Positions 18,880 through 28,688 of a DNA stretch of 64,000 nt are shown here, piece by piece. Each line of letters starts with the position of its first letter. Positions within the stretch are counted from its first letter, which is position 1. The stretch covers positions 64,001 through 128,000 of the forward strand of contig OZ241329.1 of the NCBI GenBank assembly GCA_965199825.1, read 5' to 3'. The notes below the pieces were generated by a model that worked only from the letters and a program-made list of their open reading frames with translations, did not search any database and was not told where the DNA came from. Origin of the DNA: Bdellovibrionales bacterium. GTDB lineage: Bacteria; Bdellovibrionota; Bdellovibrionia; Bdellovibrionales; UBA1609. The position numbers were made by a program, and so were the translations under genes.

Positions 18880-20187
18880 CTACTCCTGTTTTCCTTGAGG
18901 CACGACCTGAACCAATGACTGACGCTGCGGAAGTAAATATTTTTTTGCGACCGATTGAATTTGTTCGGCGGTGATTGCCTTATATCTTTCGAGGTCGGCA
19001 AAAAGCTCACGATAATCCCCGCGCAACATTTCGTTAATCTCAAACGCTCGAGCTTTACCGTTATTGGTTTTTAGTGAATTCACATAATCGTTCATCACCT
19101 GATTTTTTGCTTTTTCGAGTTCAAGTTCAGACACCGGTTGCTCGCGAAGTTTGCGAATTTCTGCGGCCACACTTTGGGCAGCGCCTTGAGGCGAGCCGCC
19201 GGGCTTTAGAGCCACGTTGACTTCAAAAAGGCCTGCAAACTGCGGTGTCCAAGAAGAGGCTTGGACATTTGCGGCGATTTGTTTTTCATAAACCATTTTA
19301 CGATACAGACGTGATGACGGCCCTTCACCCAAAATTCCTGAGAGCAGATCCATGGCATAGGCATCGGACTCACCCGCTTTTGCCGCAGGATAAACCATTG
19401 CAAAAGTGGCGTTTTGAACTTGGCGCGAGATCGTCACGTTGCGTGGCGATTTTTGTTCAGGCTCAGGTTTTATCACAATTGCTGGCACAACTCCTCGGGG
19501 AATTGCCGAATAATATTTGTCGATCAAGATTTTTGCGTCTGATTTTTTAAAGTCACCAACAATGGTGATCACCGCATTACTTGGAACATAGTACGTGTTA
19601 TAAAAAGTTTTAAAATCTTCGATTGTGGCGGCATTTAAATCTTTCATGCTCCCGATCGTTGTGCCGCCGTAAGGATGAATTTTAAAAACGGTTTTAAAAA
19701 GTGCATCTTGTAGAATGCCAGAGACCTCATCATCAAAGCGCATTCTGCGCTCTTCTTTCACCACTTCGCGCTCTTGATTGATCGGTCCTAAATCAAATTT
19801 TAAATTTCTTAATCGGTCGGCTTCAAGCTCAACGATGGTTTCTAATTTACCCGCAGGAAGTGAAGTATAAAAAGCGGTGTAATCAACAGTGGTTTCGGCA
19901 TTAAAATCTCCACCGCGCGATCGGATAATATTTTGAAAATCTCCGTCGGGATGTTTGGTGGTCCCTTTAAACATCAAGTGCTCAAAAAAATGGGCAAGAC
20001 CTGTGCGGCCTGGCTGCTCGTAGGCAGAGCCCACCCGAATCCACTGATGATAGGTAAATGCCGGAGTGTTATGATCTTCGTAAAGCAAAACGGTTAAACC
20101 GTTGCTCAGCTGATATTTTTCAACATCAAGATGGATTTGTTGCGAAAAAGCGAGGGATTGAAAAATAACAAAAAACAAAAACAGCAT
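18880..20187 (-). CDS. M16 zinc peptidase, catalytic subunit (exported)
   Basis: GLAHFFEHLMFKG (HXXEH) and EREVVKEE; signal peptide from ATG 20187 with AAGGAG RBS. Confidence 0.95.
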   Translation of the reverse strand: MLFLFFVIFQSLAFSQQIHLDVEKYQLSNGLTVLLYEDHNTPAFTYHQWIRVGSAYEQPGRTGLAHFFEHLMFKGTTKHPDGDFQNIIRSRGGDFNAETTVDYTAFYTSLPAGKLETIVELEADRLRNLKFDLGPINQEREVVKEERRMRFDDEVSGILQDALFKTVFKIHPYGGTTIGSMKDLNAATIEDFKTFYNTYYVPSNAVITIVGDFKKSDAKILIDKYYSAIPRGVVPAIVIKPEPEQKSPRNVTISRQVQNATFAMVYPAAKAGESDAYAMDLLSGILGEGPSSRLYRKMVYEKQIAANVQASSWTPQFAGLFEVNVALKPGGSPQGAAQSVAAEIRKLREQPVSELELEKAKNQVMNDYVNSLKTNNGKARAFEINEMLRGDYRELFADLERYKAITAEQIQSVAKKYLLPQRQSLVQVVPQGKQE

Positions 20188-20242
20188 TAAGTAGTTCTCC
20201 TTCAAGCTGTTTTAGTCTCAACAGAATTTTAAAGGATGTCAC

Positions 20243-20746
20243 TTACTGAATGACAAAATCATTAAAGTAAACTTGGCGAACCACTCCACGTTTCATGTAT
20301 CCGTTGAGTTGGGCAAGAATCTGATTTTTTAATTGAAGCTTACCTTGAACCGTTTCAAGCTCATCGTAGGTTTTGCTATTTAATAAATGCATCAAACTAT
20401 CTCGAGCCGCAGCACCGAGTTCGACCGCTTCTTCAAAACCATTTTGATCCAGCATTTCTAAAGAGATTTGCAAACGAACGAGCCGTCTTGGAATCCCATC
20501 AAGATTTGTCGTGAGCGTATCCATGGTGTAAACCGCAGGTTTTGTATCAAGTTCTTTATGAAATTCTTCGAGCTCATGAAGGGCCTGTTGCTCACTTAAG
20601 GACTTTGGTTCAAAGCCTAAAGTTTGGGTGTAAATATAAAACACCACCCCGCCTAAGATTGCGAGATTGATTCCAAAAAAAACTGGACCGAAAAGTTTTC
20701 CCAGTTTACTGGATGACGGTGATGAGGGTTTTGCTTCGTCTGCCAT
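20243..20746 (-). CDS. fliL: Flagellar basal body-associated protein FliL
   Basis: N-terminal TM, TTNL, RDSLMHLL...GKLQLKNQI and VYFNDFVIQ terminus. Confidence 0.9.
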   Translation of the reverse strand: MADEAKPSSPSSSKLGKLFGPVFFGINLAILGGVVFYIYTQTLGFEPKSLSEQQALHELEEFHKELDTKPAVYTMDTLTTNLDGIPRRLVRLQISLEMLDQNGFEEAVELGAAARDSLMHLLNSKTYDELETVQGKLQLKNQILAQLNGYMKRGVVRQVYFNDFVIQ

Positions 20747-20755
20747 GCTTATTGT

Positions 20756-20782
20756 TTATCGGCATTTTGTGCGAGGATTAAA
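20756..20782 (-). promoter_or_regulatory. FliA (sigma28) promoter for fliL
   Basis: TTTA-N15-GCCGATAA with a consensus -10 element, 9 nt upstream of the fliL ATG. Confidence 0.65.
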
Positions 20783-20865
20783 GTCGAGGATGCTGAATTT
20801 TTACGAGTGAGAAACAGACCTGGACCGATCTTGACAAGACGCTCTGACTCAGCGGAAATGAATAT

Positions 20866-21840
20866 ATGCCTTATGTTTATGCCCTAAGCTTTTTAACCGC
20901 CTGGTTTTGCCTTGCCCAAGACGATCTTGACCCCAAGGCCGTAAAACCTCCAGAAGGGCTTGTGCCCGAAGCCCTGCTCCAAATGGGCGACACCTTCACC
21001 GATTACGCCTTTGTGATGGATAAGACCTCGCGCACATTAAGTGTTTGGAAACATGGCAAAGATCATCCCGAATTCGTGGCGGCTCATCCCGCCGATATGG
21101 GCCGAACGCCTGGCAACAAATCTTCAAGCGGCGATTTTAGAACTCCCGAAGGGATCTATTTTTTTGAAAAAAAGCTCGAAAGCAAAGAGCTCGATTTTAA
21201 CGAATACGGCAACATGGCCTTTACAATGAACTATCCCAATCTCTTTGATCGCTTTGAGAAAAAAACGGGCGGTGGAATTTGGCTTCATGCGATCCCCGAC
21301 ACAAAATCTTTGTTAAGAGGATCACGCGGTTGTGTGGTTGTTCGTAATAATATTATTTCGACTTTAAATCCTTATATCCAAATCGGTCGCACTCCGATTG
21401 TTGTGACCGATAAGGTGAAATATGTTTCTGCCGAGGAGCTTGTGATCAAGCGGAGTGAGGTCCTAACCTGGCTTGAAGCTTGGCGTAAAGATTGGGAATC
21501 AAAAGATATTGATGCCTACATCCAATTTTATCACGATGGCTTTAGTAGCACCGGAATGAACAAATCGGCATGGCGAAATTTTAAAAAGACCTTGAACGAA
21601 AAATACTCATTTATAAAAGTTGAACTCAAAGAGCCCGCAATTTTTGTTCAGGGCGACAAATGGATTATCCATTTTTATCAGGTGTATCAATCTGATCAAA
21701 AAACCGATTTTGGTGAAAAGACTTTATTTGTCACAACATCAAAAAGTCGACCCGCAATTTTGGGCGAAGTTTGGCAACCTCTTGCCGATCAACAAATTGC
21801 CCGAAAGCTTTCTTCGCAATCCGAGCCTCAGACTTTTTAA
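20866..21840 (+). CDS. YkuD-family L,D-carboxypeptidase with C-terminal NTF2 domain (Bd1075/Csd6-like cell-curvature enzyme)
   Basis: GDFRTPEGIY and IWLHA-x13-C (SRGC) catalytic motif; C-terminal WRKDWESKDIDAYIQFY...FYQVYQSD...GEKTL NTF2-like domain; divergent from fliL. Confidence 0.88.
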   Translation: MPYVYALSFLTAWFCLAQDDLDPKAVKPPEGLVPEALLQMGDTFTDYAFVMDKTSRTLSVWKHGKDHPEFVAAHPADMGRTPGNKSSSGDFRTPEGIYFFEKKLESKELDFNEYGNMAFTMNYPNLFDRFEKKTGGGIWLHAIPDTKSLLRGSRGCVVVRNNIISTLNPYIQIGRTPIVVTDKVKYVSAEELVIKRSEVLTWLEAWRKDWESKDIDAYIQFYHDGFSSTGMNKSAWRNFKKTLNEKYSFIKVELKEPAIFVQGDKWIIHFYQVYQSDQKTDFGEKTLFVTTSKSRPAILGEVWQPLADQQIARKLSSQSEPQTF

Positions 21841-21850
21841 TTAAAAACGA

Positions 21851-22039
21851 CTAATAATTAAAACGGTCTGAGTTGGTGGAGTTATCCATCTTCAATTTTT
21901 CAGCTTGATGATTAAGATCTGGAAGTTCACGCATGCGCGTCTCAACTTCTTCTTCACTGATCACACCGAGGGTGAGATTGCGTTCGATCAATCGCGTATC
22001 AAATTTTTTTGCTTCTAAAGCTGAACCTAAATCTACCAT
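21851..22039 (-). CDS. Small hypothetical protein
   Basis: GGGAG RBS; KFDTRLIERNL...LPD; last gene of the sppA-HIT-mce-rhomboid run. Confidence 0.75.
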   Translation of the reverse strand: MVDLGSALEAKKFDTRLIERNLTLGVISEEEVETRMRELPDLNHQAEKLKMDNSTNSDRFNY

Positions 22040-22047
22040 CTAACTCC

Positions 22048-22815
22048 CTAGTTCCAGTATCGTGGGCCTTTTTGTTTATCTTCGTCTTGTGGATTGTTAT
22101 TTACTACAAGCTTCAATTGGCGTCCATGTCTTTGAGTTCCCTTGCGCACGCGCCGGCTTTGGTAGCGGTTATAGCCCCACAAAAATAAAAATCCCGAAGC
22201 AATTCCACCCAGATGGGCAAGGTTGGCAATATCTCCACGAAAGCCTGACTCTAAAAGCATCACAAATTCGATTCCGCCCAAAAGCATCACAAAGTAGCGC
22301 GCCTTCATCGGAAACAGCATCATGAAAAAAACCAAACGCTCACCAAATAAAATTCCGTAAGCTACGAGCAATCCAAAAATTGCACCCGACGCGCCCACCA
22401 CCGGAATCGTCAATGGAACAAAATTGTTGGTGATCAAAAAATAACCGAGCACCGCAAGCAAATACAAAATTCCCGCACCCGCTCCAGAAACCAAATAATA
22501 GGTGAGAAAAAACTTAGATCCCCAACGCTGCTCAAGTTCTGATCCGAGCCACCACAACATCACCATATTAAACACAACATGCATCACACCTTGGGAATGG
22601 ATAAACATGTACGTGAGTGGTTGCCATATCCAAAAGCTGTTGATCATTTTTTCAGGAATCAGTCCGAGATACAAAAAGAGTGAGGCATCACCCATGACTA
22701 GATTTTGAAATATTAAAACACCAAAAAGCCAAACGCTCATATTGATGATGATGAGCCATTTTACTATTTTGGTCAGCGGCATCACCATCTGCATATTGTA
22801 ATTCTGATTATTCAT
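22048..22815 (-). CDS. Rhomboid-family intramembrane serine protease
   Basis: WQPLTYMFIH, HVVFNM, VGASGA and AHLGG motifs. Confidence 0.95.
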   Translation of the reverse strand: MNNQNYNMQMVMPLTKIVKWLIIINMSVWLFGVLIFQNLVMGDASLFLYLGLIPEKMINSFWIWQPLTYMFIHSQGVMHVVFNMVMLWWLGSELEQRWGSKFFLTYYLVSGAGAGILYLLAVLGYFLITNNFVPLTIPVVGASGAIFGLLVAYGILFGERLVFFMMLFPMKARYFVMLLGGIEFVMLLESGFRGDIANLAHLGGIASGFLFLWGYNRYQSRRVRKGTQRHGRQLKLVVNNNPQDEDKQKGPRYWN

Positions 22816-23240
22816 GGATTCACCTTTTGGGTTAATTCAATCAAAACACCCCCTGTTGCCCTCGGATGGACAAAAGCGATGAGACACTGATGGGCTCCCG
22901 GTTGTGGTTCTTGGTGCACCAACCGGATGTTTTGGTCTTTTAAATTTTTAAGAGTTGAGCGCAAATCCTGAACTCTAAGAGCGATATGGTGAATTCCGGG
23001 CCCGCGTTGATCAAGAAATTTTTGAACAGGTCCGGTTTTATTCAATGGTTCTAAAAGTTCGATCCGTGATTGATTTGTGAGCTCAAGCATTCCAACGCGC
23101 ACCTTTTCATTTTCGACGATTTCAATATTCATGGTCTTAAAGCCAAGAGCCTCATAAAATCGAAAACCATTTTCAAGATTCTCAACCGCAATCCCAATAT
23201 GATCGAGTTTATAACCTGCAAATGTCTCAGGAATATTCAT
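22812..23240 (-). CDS. mce: Methylmalonyl-CoA epimerase
   Basis: LDHIGIAV, IELLEP, GPGIHHIAL and AFVHPRATGGVLIEL motifs. Confidence 0.92.
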   Translation of the reverse strand: MNIPETFAGYKLDHIGIAVENLENGFRFYEALGFKTMNIEIVENEKVRVGMLELTNQSRIELLEPLNKTGPVQKFLDQRGPGIHHIALRVQDLRSTLKNLKDQNIRLVHQEPQPGAHQCLIAFVHPRATGGVLIELTQKVNP

Positions 23241-23755
23241 AGCTCGAGGTTATCAAATCTTGGTTTTAATTTGTAGTAAGACTGCTCCAAAGTTTCAGGA
23301 AGGACTTTGGTGTTGGCAATCAGTGGAAAAAAGTTGGTGTCGCCCTTCCACCTGGGAATCAGATGCCAATGCAAATGGTCCGGAATCCCCGCCCCTGCTG
23401 CTGAGCCATGGTTGAGTCCAATGTTGAGTCCAGGACACTGATAGGCTTCAAGTAAAATTTCAGCACAGTGCTTTACGACTAAGCTCAACTTTTGAAAATC
23501 ATCGTTTGAGAGCTTGGTGAGTTCCCCTAAATGTTTTCGAGGCAACACTAAGAGATGACCGGTATTGTAGGGATATTTATTTAAAATCACAATTTGCTTT
23601 GAAGAGCGCCATAGGACCAAGGTTTCAAAACTTTTGGTCTTTACCTTTGCGGCCTCACAAAAAACGCAAGCTTCGGAGCGCTGGCCCCGAACATAATCAA
23701 GGCGGTCCGGCCGCATGAGAATCTGACGCTCATTGGGCCATTTCGCCTTGGCCAC
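23237..23755 (-). CDS. HIT-family hydrolase (Ap4A phosphorylase-like)
   Basis: CVFC, NKYPYNTGH and AGAGIPDHLHWHLIPRW motifs. Confidence 0.93.
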   Translation of the reverse strand: MAKAKWPNERQILMRPDRLDYVRGQRSEACVFCEAAKVKTKSFETLVLWRSSKQIVILNKYPYNTGHLLVLPRKHLGELTKLSNDDFQKLSLVVKHCAEILLEAYQCPGLNIGLNHGSAAGAGIPDHLHWHLIPRWKGDTNFFPLIANTKVLPETLEQSYYKLKPRFDNLEL

Positions 23756-24667
23756 TTAAAAGCTCCAGCTCCCAGGAACAAGATAAAGAGGCTTTCCTGA
23801 GAGGGCCAACGGGGTCACTCCAAGCACGTGGGACACACTGCTTTTTGCTTCATCCGAAAAATAATCCAAAAGGCTTTCGCGTTTTTTTGGTGGCTTAAAT
23901 AATTTTGGTTTACCACTCAAACCCGCGAGCTTTCCGGCAATCCGGACCGCATCTTCAAATGTGCCAACCTCATCCGCAAATCCGAGTTTGACCGCGGTTT
24001 GACCCGTAAACACGCGGCCGTCGGTATTTTCATCGAGCACTTGCGGATCGATTTTGCGATTGTCACGCACGGTGGATTTAAATTGCTCATACACTTCGCT
24101 GATTAAAGATTGAAACAGCTTGTGCTCTTCGGGTCGCATCGCGCGATACTCGGAACCCGAATCCTTAAATTGACCTGAGGTGATTGTATAACGATGGACC
24201 TTGGCCCAGTCGTAGAGTTTTTCGAGATTTGCAAATTCCATGATCACACCAATAGAACCCATCAGGGTGCCCGGATTGGTGATGATCTTTGTTGCCGCAA
24301 CCGCGATATAGTAGGCCCCACTGGCCGCAAGACCCGAGCAAGAAACCACAACCGGTTTTTTTAATTCATCACGAACACGCTTTAATTCCGAGAAGATCTC
24401 TTGGCTTGGACCTACCACTCCGCCGGGTGAGTTGACCTGGACCACAATGCCCTTAATTTTATCATCGTCGCGATAGTTTTTAAGCTTTTCTAAAAAATCT
24501 TTGCCATCGAGAATCATTCCCTCAAGCTCAAGATGAAGCAGAGAGTTTTCGCTCACCTTCGGATTAGATCCCCCCATCATTTGCATAACGCCGGTAAGGG
24601 AAATCAAGATCCCAACCAAAACCAAAAATCCAACCGCGGTGAAAATCCAACGAACCATTTTACTCAT
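23756..24667 (-). CDS. sppA: Signal peptide peptidase SppA (36K type)
   Basis: NSPGG, AASGAYYIA, GSIGV and DGRVFTG motifs. Confidence 0.95.
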   Translation of the reverse strand: MSKMVRWIFTAVGFLVLVGILISLTGVMQMMGGSNPKVSENSLLHLELEGMILDGKDFLEKLKNYRDDDKIKGIVVQVNSPGGVVGPSQEIFSELKRVRDELKKPVVVSCSGLAASGAYYIAVAATKIITNPGTLMGSIGVIMEFANLEKLYDWAKVHRYTITSGQFKDSGSEYRAMRPEEHKLFQSLISEVYEQFKSTVRDNRKIDPQVLDENTDGRVFTGQTAVKLGFADEVGTFEDAVRIAGKLAGLSGKPKLFKPPKKRESLLDYFSDEAKSSVSHVLGVTPLALSGKPLYLVPGSWSF

Positions 24668-24701
24668 GATGTTTTAACTCCTGGAAAAGCTACAATAGGT
24701 G

Positions 24702-24741
24702 AAAATAAAAAAAACCCAAAGCCTTTTCGACTTTGGGTTTT
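24702..24741 (-). terminator. Rho-independent terminator after rpsA
   Basis: Stem AAAACCCAAAG/CTTTGGGTTTT with 9-nt loop, followed by a U-tract on the minus strand. Confidence 0.75.
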
Positions 24742-24765
24742 GCAAATTTTTAAAAAATTTTAAGA

Positions 24766-26601
24766 CTATTCTTCTTTACGATTTGCCTCGATCGATGCCT
24801 TGAGAGTTTCGCCAAAAATATCACCTAAGCTCGTTTTAGAAGAGCTTGTTACTTTTTTAACGTAGTCTTCAACATCCACTTTTTGCTCTCTTAGTTTCAC
24901 AAGCTTCACGCTTAAACCAATTTTTCGAGCATCTTTGTCGATGGTGATGATCTCGGCACGGACCGTATCGCCCACTTTGACCACATCTTCAGGTTTTTCA
25001 ACACGCTTGGTGCTGAGCTCACTGATATGGATCAAGCCTTCGATATCGGATTCAAGTTCAACAAAAACTCCAAAATCGGCTGTTTTTGTGACCTTCACAT
25101 CGTGTTGCGAACCAATCTTATATTTGTCTTCGATATTGGCCCATGGATCATTTTCGAGTTGTTTGATTCCGAGGCTAAAGCGCTCGTTCTCAATATCAAC
25201 GCCCAAAACAACCGCGCGCAATTTGTCGCCCTTCTTAAACATTTCTGAAGGATGATTGATGCGTTTGGTCCATGAAAAATCAGAAACGTGAACAAGTCCG
25301 TCAATGCCATCTTCAATTCCGATAAAGATCCCGAAATCGGTGATCGACTTGACCTCGCCCTCGATGATTGTTCCTGGAGGATAAGACTCTTTCATATCGA
25401 GCCATGGGTTGGGCTCAAGTTGTTTCATCCCCAGACTAATACGTCGGTTGGGAGTATCAACTTCAAGCACGATCACATTGACCTCATCGCCTACTTTTAC
25501 AAGCTGCGAGGGGTGTTTGATTCGCTTGATCCAACTCATTTCGCTGACATGAATGAGACCTTCGATGCCTTCGGCCAATTCAACAAATGCGCCGTAATCT
25601 GCAAGCGACACAATTTTGCCACTGAGTTTTTTGCCCGTAGGAAATTGCGCCATAACGCTTTCCCATGGATCTGCATTCAGTTGTTTAAGACCGAGACTCA
25701 CACGCTCTTTTTCATTGTCGAATTTGAGTACTTTGACTTCGATTTCGTCGCCCACATTGACAAGTTCTGAGGGATGTTTCACACGACCCCAGCTCATGTC
25801 GGTAATGTGAAGGAGTCCATCCATTCCGCCAAGATCGATAAATGCACCATAGTCAGTAATGTTTTTAACAATACCGCGAACAACCGATCCTTCTTTCATC
25901 GCATCCAAAGTTTGGGTGCGAAGAGTCTCGCGTTCTTCTTCTAGAAGTGCGCGACGCGAAAGAACAATGTTGCCACGTTTTTTATTAAACTTAATAACTT
26001 TAAATTTATAGCGCTTACCAATGTACACATCCATGTTTCGCACTGGGCGAAGATCAATCTGTGAACCCGGCAAGAAAGCTTTCACACCGATATCGACAGA
26101 CAATCCACCCTTAACTTTGGCGATAATTGTACCTTCGATCACCTCTTGGTTTTCGGCGGCTCGTGAAATATCGTTCCATGCGCGCAACATGTCGGCTTTG
26201 TCTTTACTCAAGACCACCATGCCATTTTCATTTTCAATGCGATCAATATAAACTTCGACGACTTCGCCGACTTTTACATTACGTTCACCTTCGACAACCC
26301 GAAACTCAGAGATAGGAATAAGACCTTCGCTCTTGTAACTGATATCGACAAGAACGTAATCTTCTTGCACTTCAACGACGCGACCTGAAACAACGTCACC
26401 AACTTTGAAATCACTATCTTGAAGGCTCTGCTTGAACATCTGTTCAAACGTTTCGCCATTTGCTTGTTCCGGATTTCCGTAGAGACCCGGATTTGCGGGG
26501 ACTTCTTTATCAGCTTCGTCGAGGATCGAGAGAACTTTGTCGCGTTCCGATTGTGCTTTTGATTTACTCAACTTAGACCCCATCTGTTCTGCCATACGCA
26601 A
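24766..26601 (-). CDS. rpsA: 30S ribosomal protein S1
   Basis: Six S1 repeats (AFLPGSQID, DGLLHITDMSW, EGLIHVSEMSW and others); GAGGAGG RBS before TTG. Confidence 0.98.
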   Translation of the reverse strand: MRMAEQMGSKLSKSKAQSERDKVLSILDEADKEVPANPGLYGNPEQANGETFEQMFKQSLQDSDFKVGDVVSGRVVEVQEDYVLVDISYKSEGLIPISEFRVVEGERNVKVGEVVEVYIDRIENENGMVVLSKDKADMLRAWNDISRAAENQEVIEGTIIAKVKGGLSVDIGVKAFLPGSQIDLRPVRNMDVYIGKRYKFKVIKFNKKRGNIVLSRRALLEEERETLRTQTLDAMKEGSVVRGIVKNITDYGAFIDLGGMDGLLHITDMSWGRVKHPSELVNVGDEIEVKVLKFDNEKERVSLGLKQLNADPWESVMAQFPTGKKLSGKIVSLADYGAFVELAEGIEGLIHVSEMSWIKRIKHPSQLVKVGDEVNVIVLEVDTPNRRISLGMKQLEPNPWLDMKESYPPGTIIEGEVKSITDFGIFIGIEDGIDGLVHVSDFSWTKRINHPSEMFKKGDKLRAVVLGVDIENERFSLGIKQLENDPWANIEDKYKIGSQHDVKVTKTADFGVFVELESDIEGLIHISELSTKRVEKPEDVVKVGDTVRAEIITIDKDARKIGLSVKLVKLREQKVDVEDYVKKVTSSSKTSLGDIFGETLKASIEANRKEE

Positions 26602-26673
26602 AGGTTACCTCCTCTGGGACACCCAACTCCCTTGCTTTAGAGGGGCCCTATTGAATTGAAAGTGATCCTCGGT

Positions 26674-26701
26674 TTTATAGACTCTCGCTTCGCAATGTCA
26701 A
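26674..26701 (-). promoter_or_regulatory. Sigma70-type promoter for rpsA
   Basis: TTGACA-N16-TATAAA. Confidence 0.6.
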
Positions 26702-26704
26702 CAA

Positions 26705-27367
26705 TTACAAATGCACACGGGCGCAAATGACCTGATCCACGGCCTCGATCACCTGATTCAGAGTCATTGAACTCGAATCGATGACCACCGCATCGGTGGG
26801 AACTTGTAACGGAGCAATTTCGCGATTTGTGTCTTGAGAATCACGTTTTTTTTGTTCGCGCTCGACCTTTTCGAATTGCAAACCGTGTTCGATCGAACGT
26901 CTTTGGGCGCGGTCTTGAGCGTTGGCGGTTAAATAAATTTTTATTAACGCCTCGGGAAAAATCACGGTTCCGCAATCGCGTCCTTCGGCAATTAAGACCT
27001 CTAAACCCTTTTGGCAATCCCGCTGAGCTCGTAAAAGAGCCTGGCGCACGAGTGGAAATTGGCTGATCACGCTTGCGGCCTGCCCGGTTTTTTCAGAATA
27101 AATATCGTTGGTGATATCTTTATGATTATAAAAAACCTGGGTGCGCTCCAAGTCCATCTCCACACTCCATAATGGTTCGCGTGCAAGAACACTCAAAGTG
27201 AACTCATCTTTAAAATCAATTTTTTCTAAAAGCGCAACTTGAGCAAGTCCGCGAAAAAAAGCGCCAGTTGAGACCCAGGTCCAGCCGTGGCGCCGAGCAA
27301 TTTCTCGGCTCACACTGCTTTTTCCTGAAGCGGCGGGTCCATCTAGGGTAATTATTTTTGTCGACAT
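26705..27367 (-). CDS. cmk: Cytidylate kinase
   Basis: ITLDGPAASGKSS, AEGRDCGTVIFP and RDSQDTNREIAPL motifs; upstream of rpsA. Confidence 0.96.
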   Translation of the reverse strand: MSTKIITLDGPAASGKSSVSREIARRHGWTWVSTGAFFRGLAQVALLEKIDFKDEFTLSVLAREPLWSVEMDLERTQVFYNHKDITNDIYSEKTGQAASVISQFPLVRQALLRAQRDCQKGLEVLIAEGRDCGTVIFPEALIKIYLTANAQDRAQRRSIEHGLQFEKVEREQKKRDSQDTNREIAPLQVPTDAVVIDSSSMTLNQVIEAVDQVICARVHL

Positions 27368-27446
27368 ATTTAAAACCAATGCTTGAGCGAAATTCTGTAA
27401 AAGTTTATTTGTACCCGTTAATTGTTGCGATTATTAAGGACACAAT

Positions 27447-28688
27447 ATGAACTGGTCAATGGCCTTAAACATTGGTGAGGCCTTCGCCGAGGTTGTTCTC
27501 GTACGCGGAACCGAACAGCGGTCTCATCGATGGTTTCTTCCGGGTTTGCAATTTCCAAAAGTCCTTAATGAGTGGCTCAAGGCCGAAGACATCGGCGTGC
27601 TAGATTCTGTCCGAATCAGTGTTGATTGGATCAACACCATCATTCATCGAAAATTGGGACATCTCTGTGCGCTGATAGTCACCACCGGCTTTGAAAATCT
27701 TTTGGAACTGAACGGCCTTACTTCGATTCCGATTTCGCGTGATCATATCTTAGGATTATCTGAGCGCACTTTGGCGTTGGGGGAAATTTTGATCGAGCCC
27801 TCCACCGAAGATCTTGAATTTTTGGTGGCAAAACTTGAGCTCTTAAAAATTCGTCATGTGGCCGTGGGTCTTTTGCATAGTGATAAAAATGCGGCCAATC
27901 AAAACAAGGTGAAAACATTTTTTGAGGCTCATGGATTGAAAGTCTACACCTCAGAAACTCATGGATCAGAAAAAGAGCGCTGGAACGAAGCCTTGCTCAA
28001 TGCCTCTTGCACCGAACTTTATGAGCAGTGGCTTGAGGCGATCATCACAACTCTCGAACCTTATGTTACTCTTGAAACTCCGATAGAGATTTTGACCGAA
28101 AATGGTTTTATTTCTGCTCGCCAAAAACACAGCGCGGTGAGCACCCGCTCTGGACTCAAAAATTCACTCAAACGGTTTTTTAAATCTCAACCCTTTACTT
28201 ATTTTGGTTTAGAGCAATTTTTTGATTTCACCGACGAAGACCTGCCGCTTCAACCTCTAAACACCTTACGCACCGGATTTTTTGGCGTGGTGGAATTCCA
28301 TACCAAGTCGGTTCAATATGAAGTTGGGCCAATGGGATTTGGTCGCGGACAAAATGTGACGGTTTTAGATATAGCGTGGCAGGAACTGCAGATGAGTGAG
28401 CCCGCAGAACTGCTTCAAAAATTTTCGGACAAGAGCAGAAAAAGAATTAACGAAGCTCTTTTGGCTTTGTCGCGACCTCTCTTAAATGAAGAGCGCACAA
28501 GCGCATTTAATCTTTTAGAAATTTTAAAATCTGAAATGCGCTACGCGTTTGCCGATCTCAAGGGCCATCAAATGAGTGGTCCACTGGCAAAAACATTTGC
28601 CCCTCTGATGCCGCACCCTTCGCATTTGATCAAACAGGGTTTGGGATTTGAAGCCTCGCTTGGACTTTTAAAGGAACGTGATGAATAA
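27447..28688 (+). CDS. Degenerate hydantoinase A/5-oxoprolinase alpha-like protein
   Basis: ALIVTTGFENLLEL, VAVGLLHS, ERWNEALLNA and GPMGFGRG...TVLD resemble the family; short, with an altered ATP motif. Confidence 0.7.
   Translation: MNWSMALNIGEAFAEVVLVRGTEQRSHRWFLPGLQFPKVLNEWLKAEDIGVLDSVRISVDWINTIIHRKLGHLCALIVTTGFENLLELNGLTSIPISRDHILGLSERTLALGEILIEPSTEDLEFLVAKLELLKIRHVAVGLLHSDKNAANQNKVKTFFEAHGLKVYTSETHGSEKERWNEALLNASCTELYEQWLEAIITTLEPYVTLETPIEILTENGFISARQKHSAVSTRSGLKNSLKRFFKSQPFTYFGLEQFFDFTDEDLPLQPLNTLRTGFFGVVEFHTKSVQYEVGPMGFGRGQNVTVLDIAWQELQMSEPAELLQKFSDKSRKRINEALLALSRPLLNEERTSAFNLLEILKSEMRYAFADLKGHQMSGPLAKTFAPLMPHPSHLIKQGLGFEASLGLLKERDE

Noticed and set aside
24935..26459. Multiple antisense or alternate-frame ORFs and internal repeats within rpsA
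   Set aside because: Explained by codon bias and the known S1 domain repeats.
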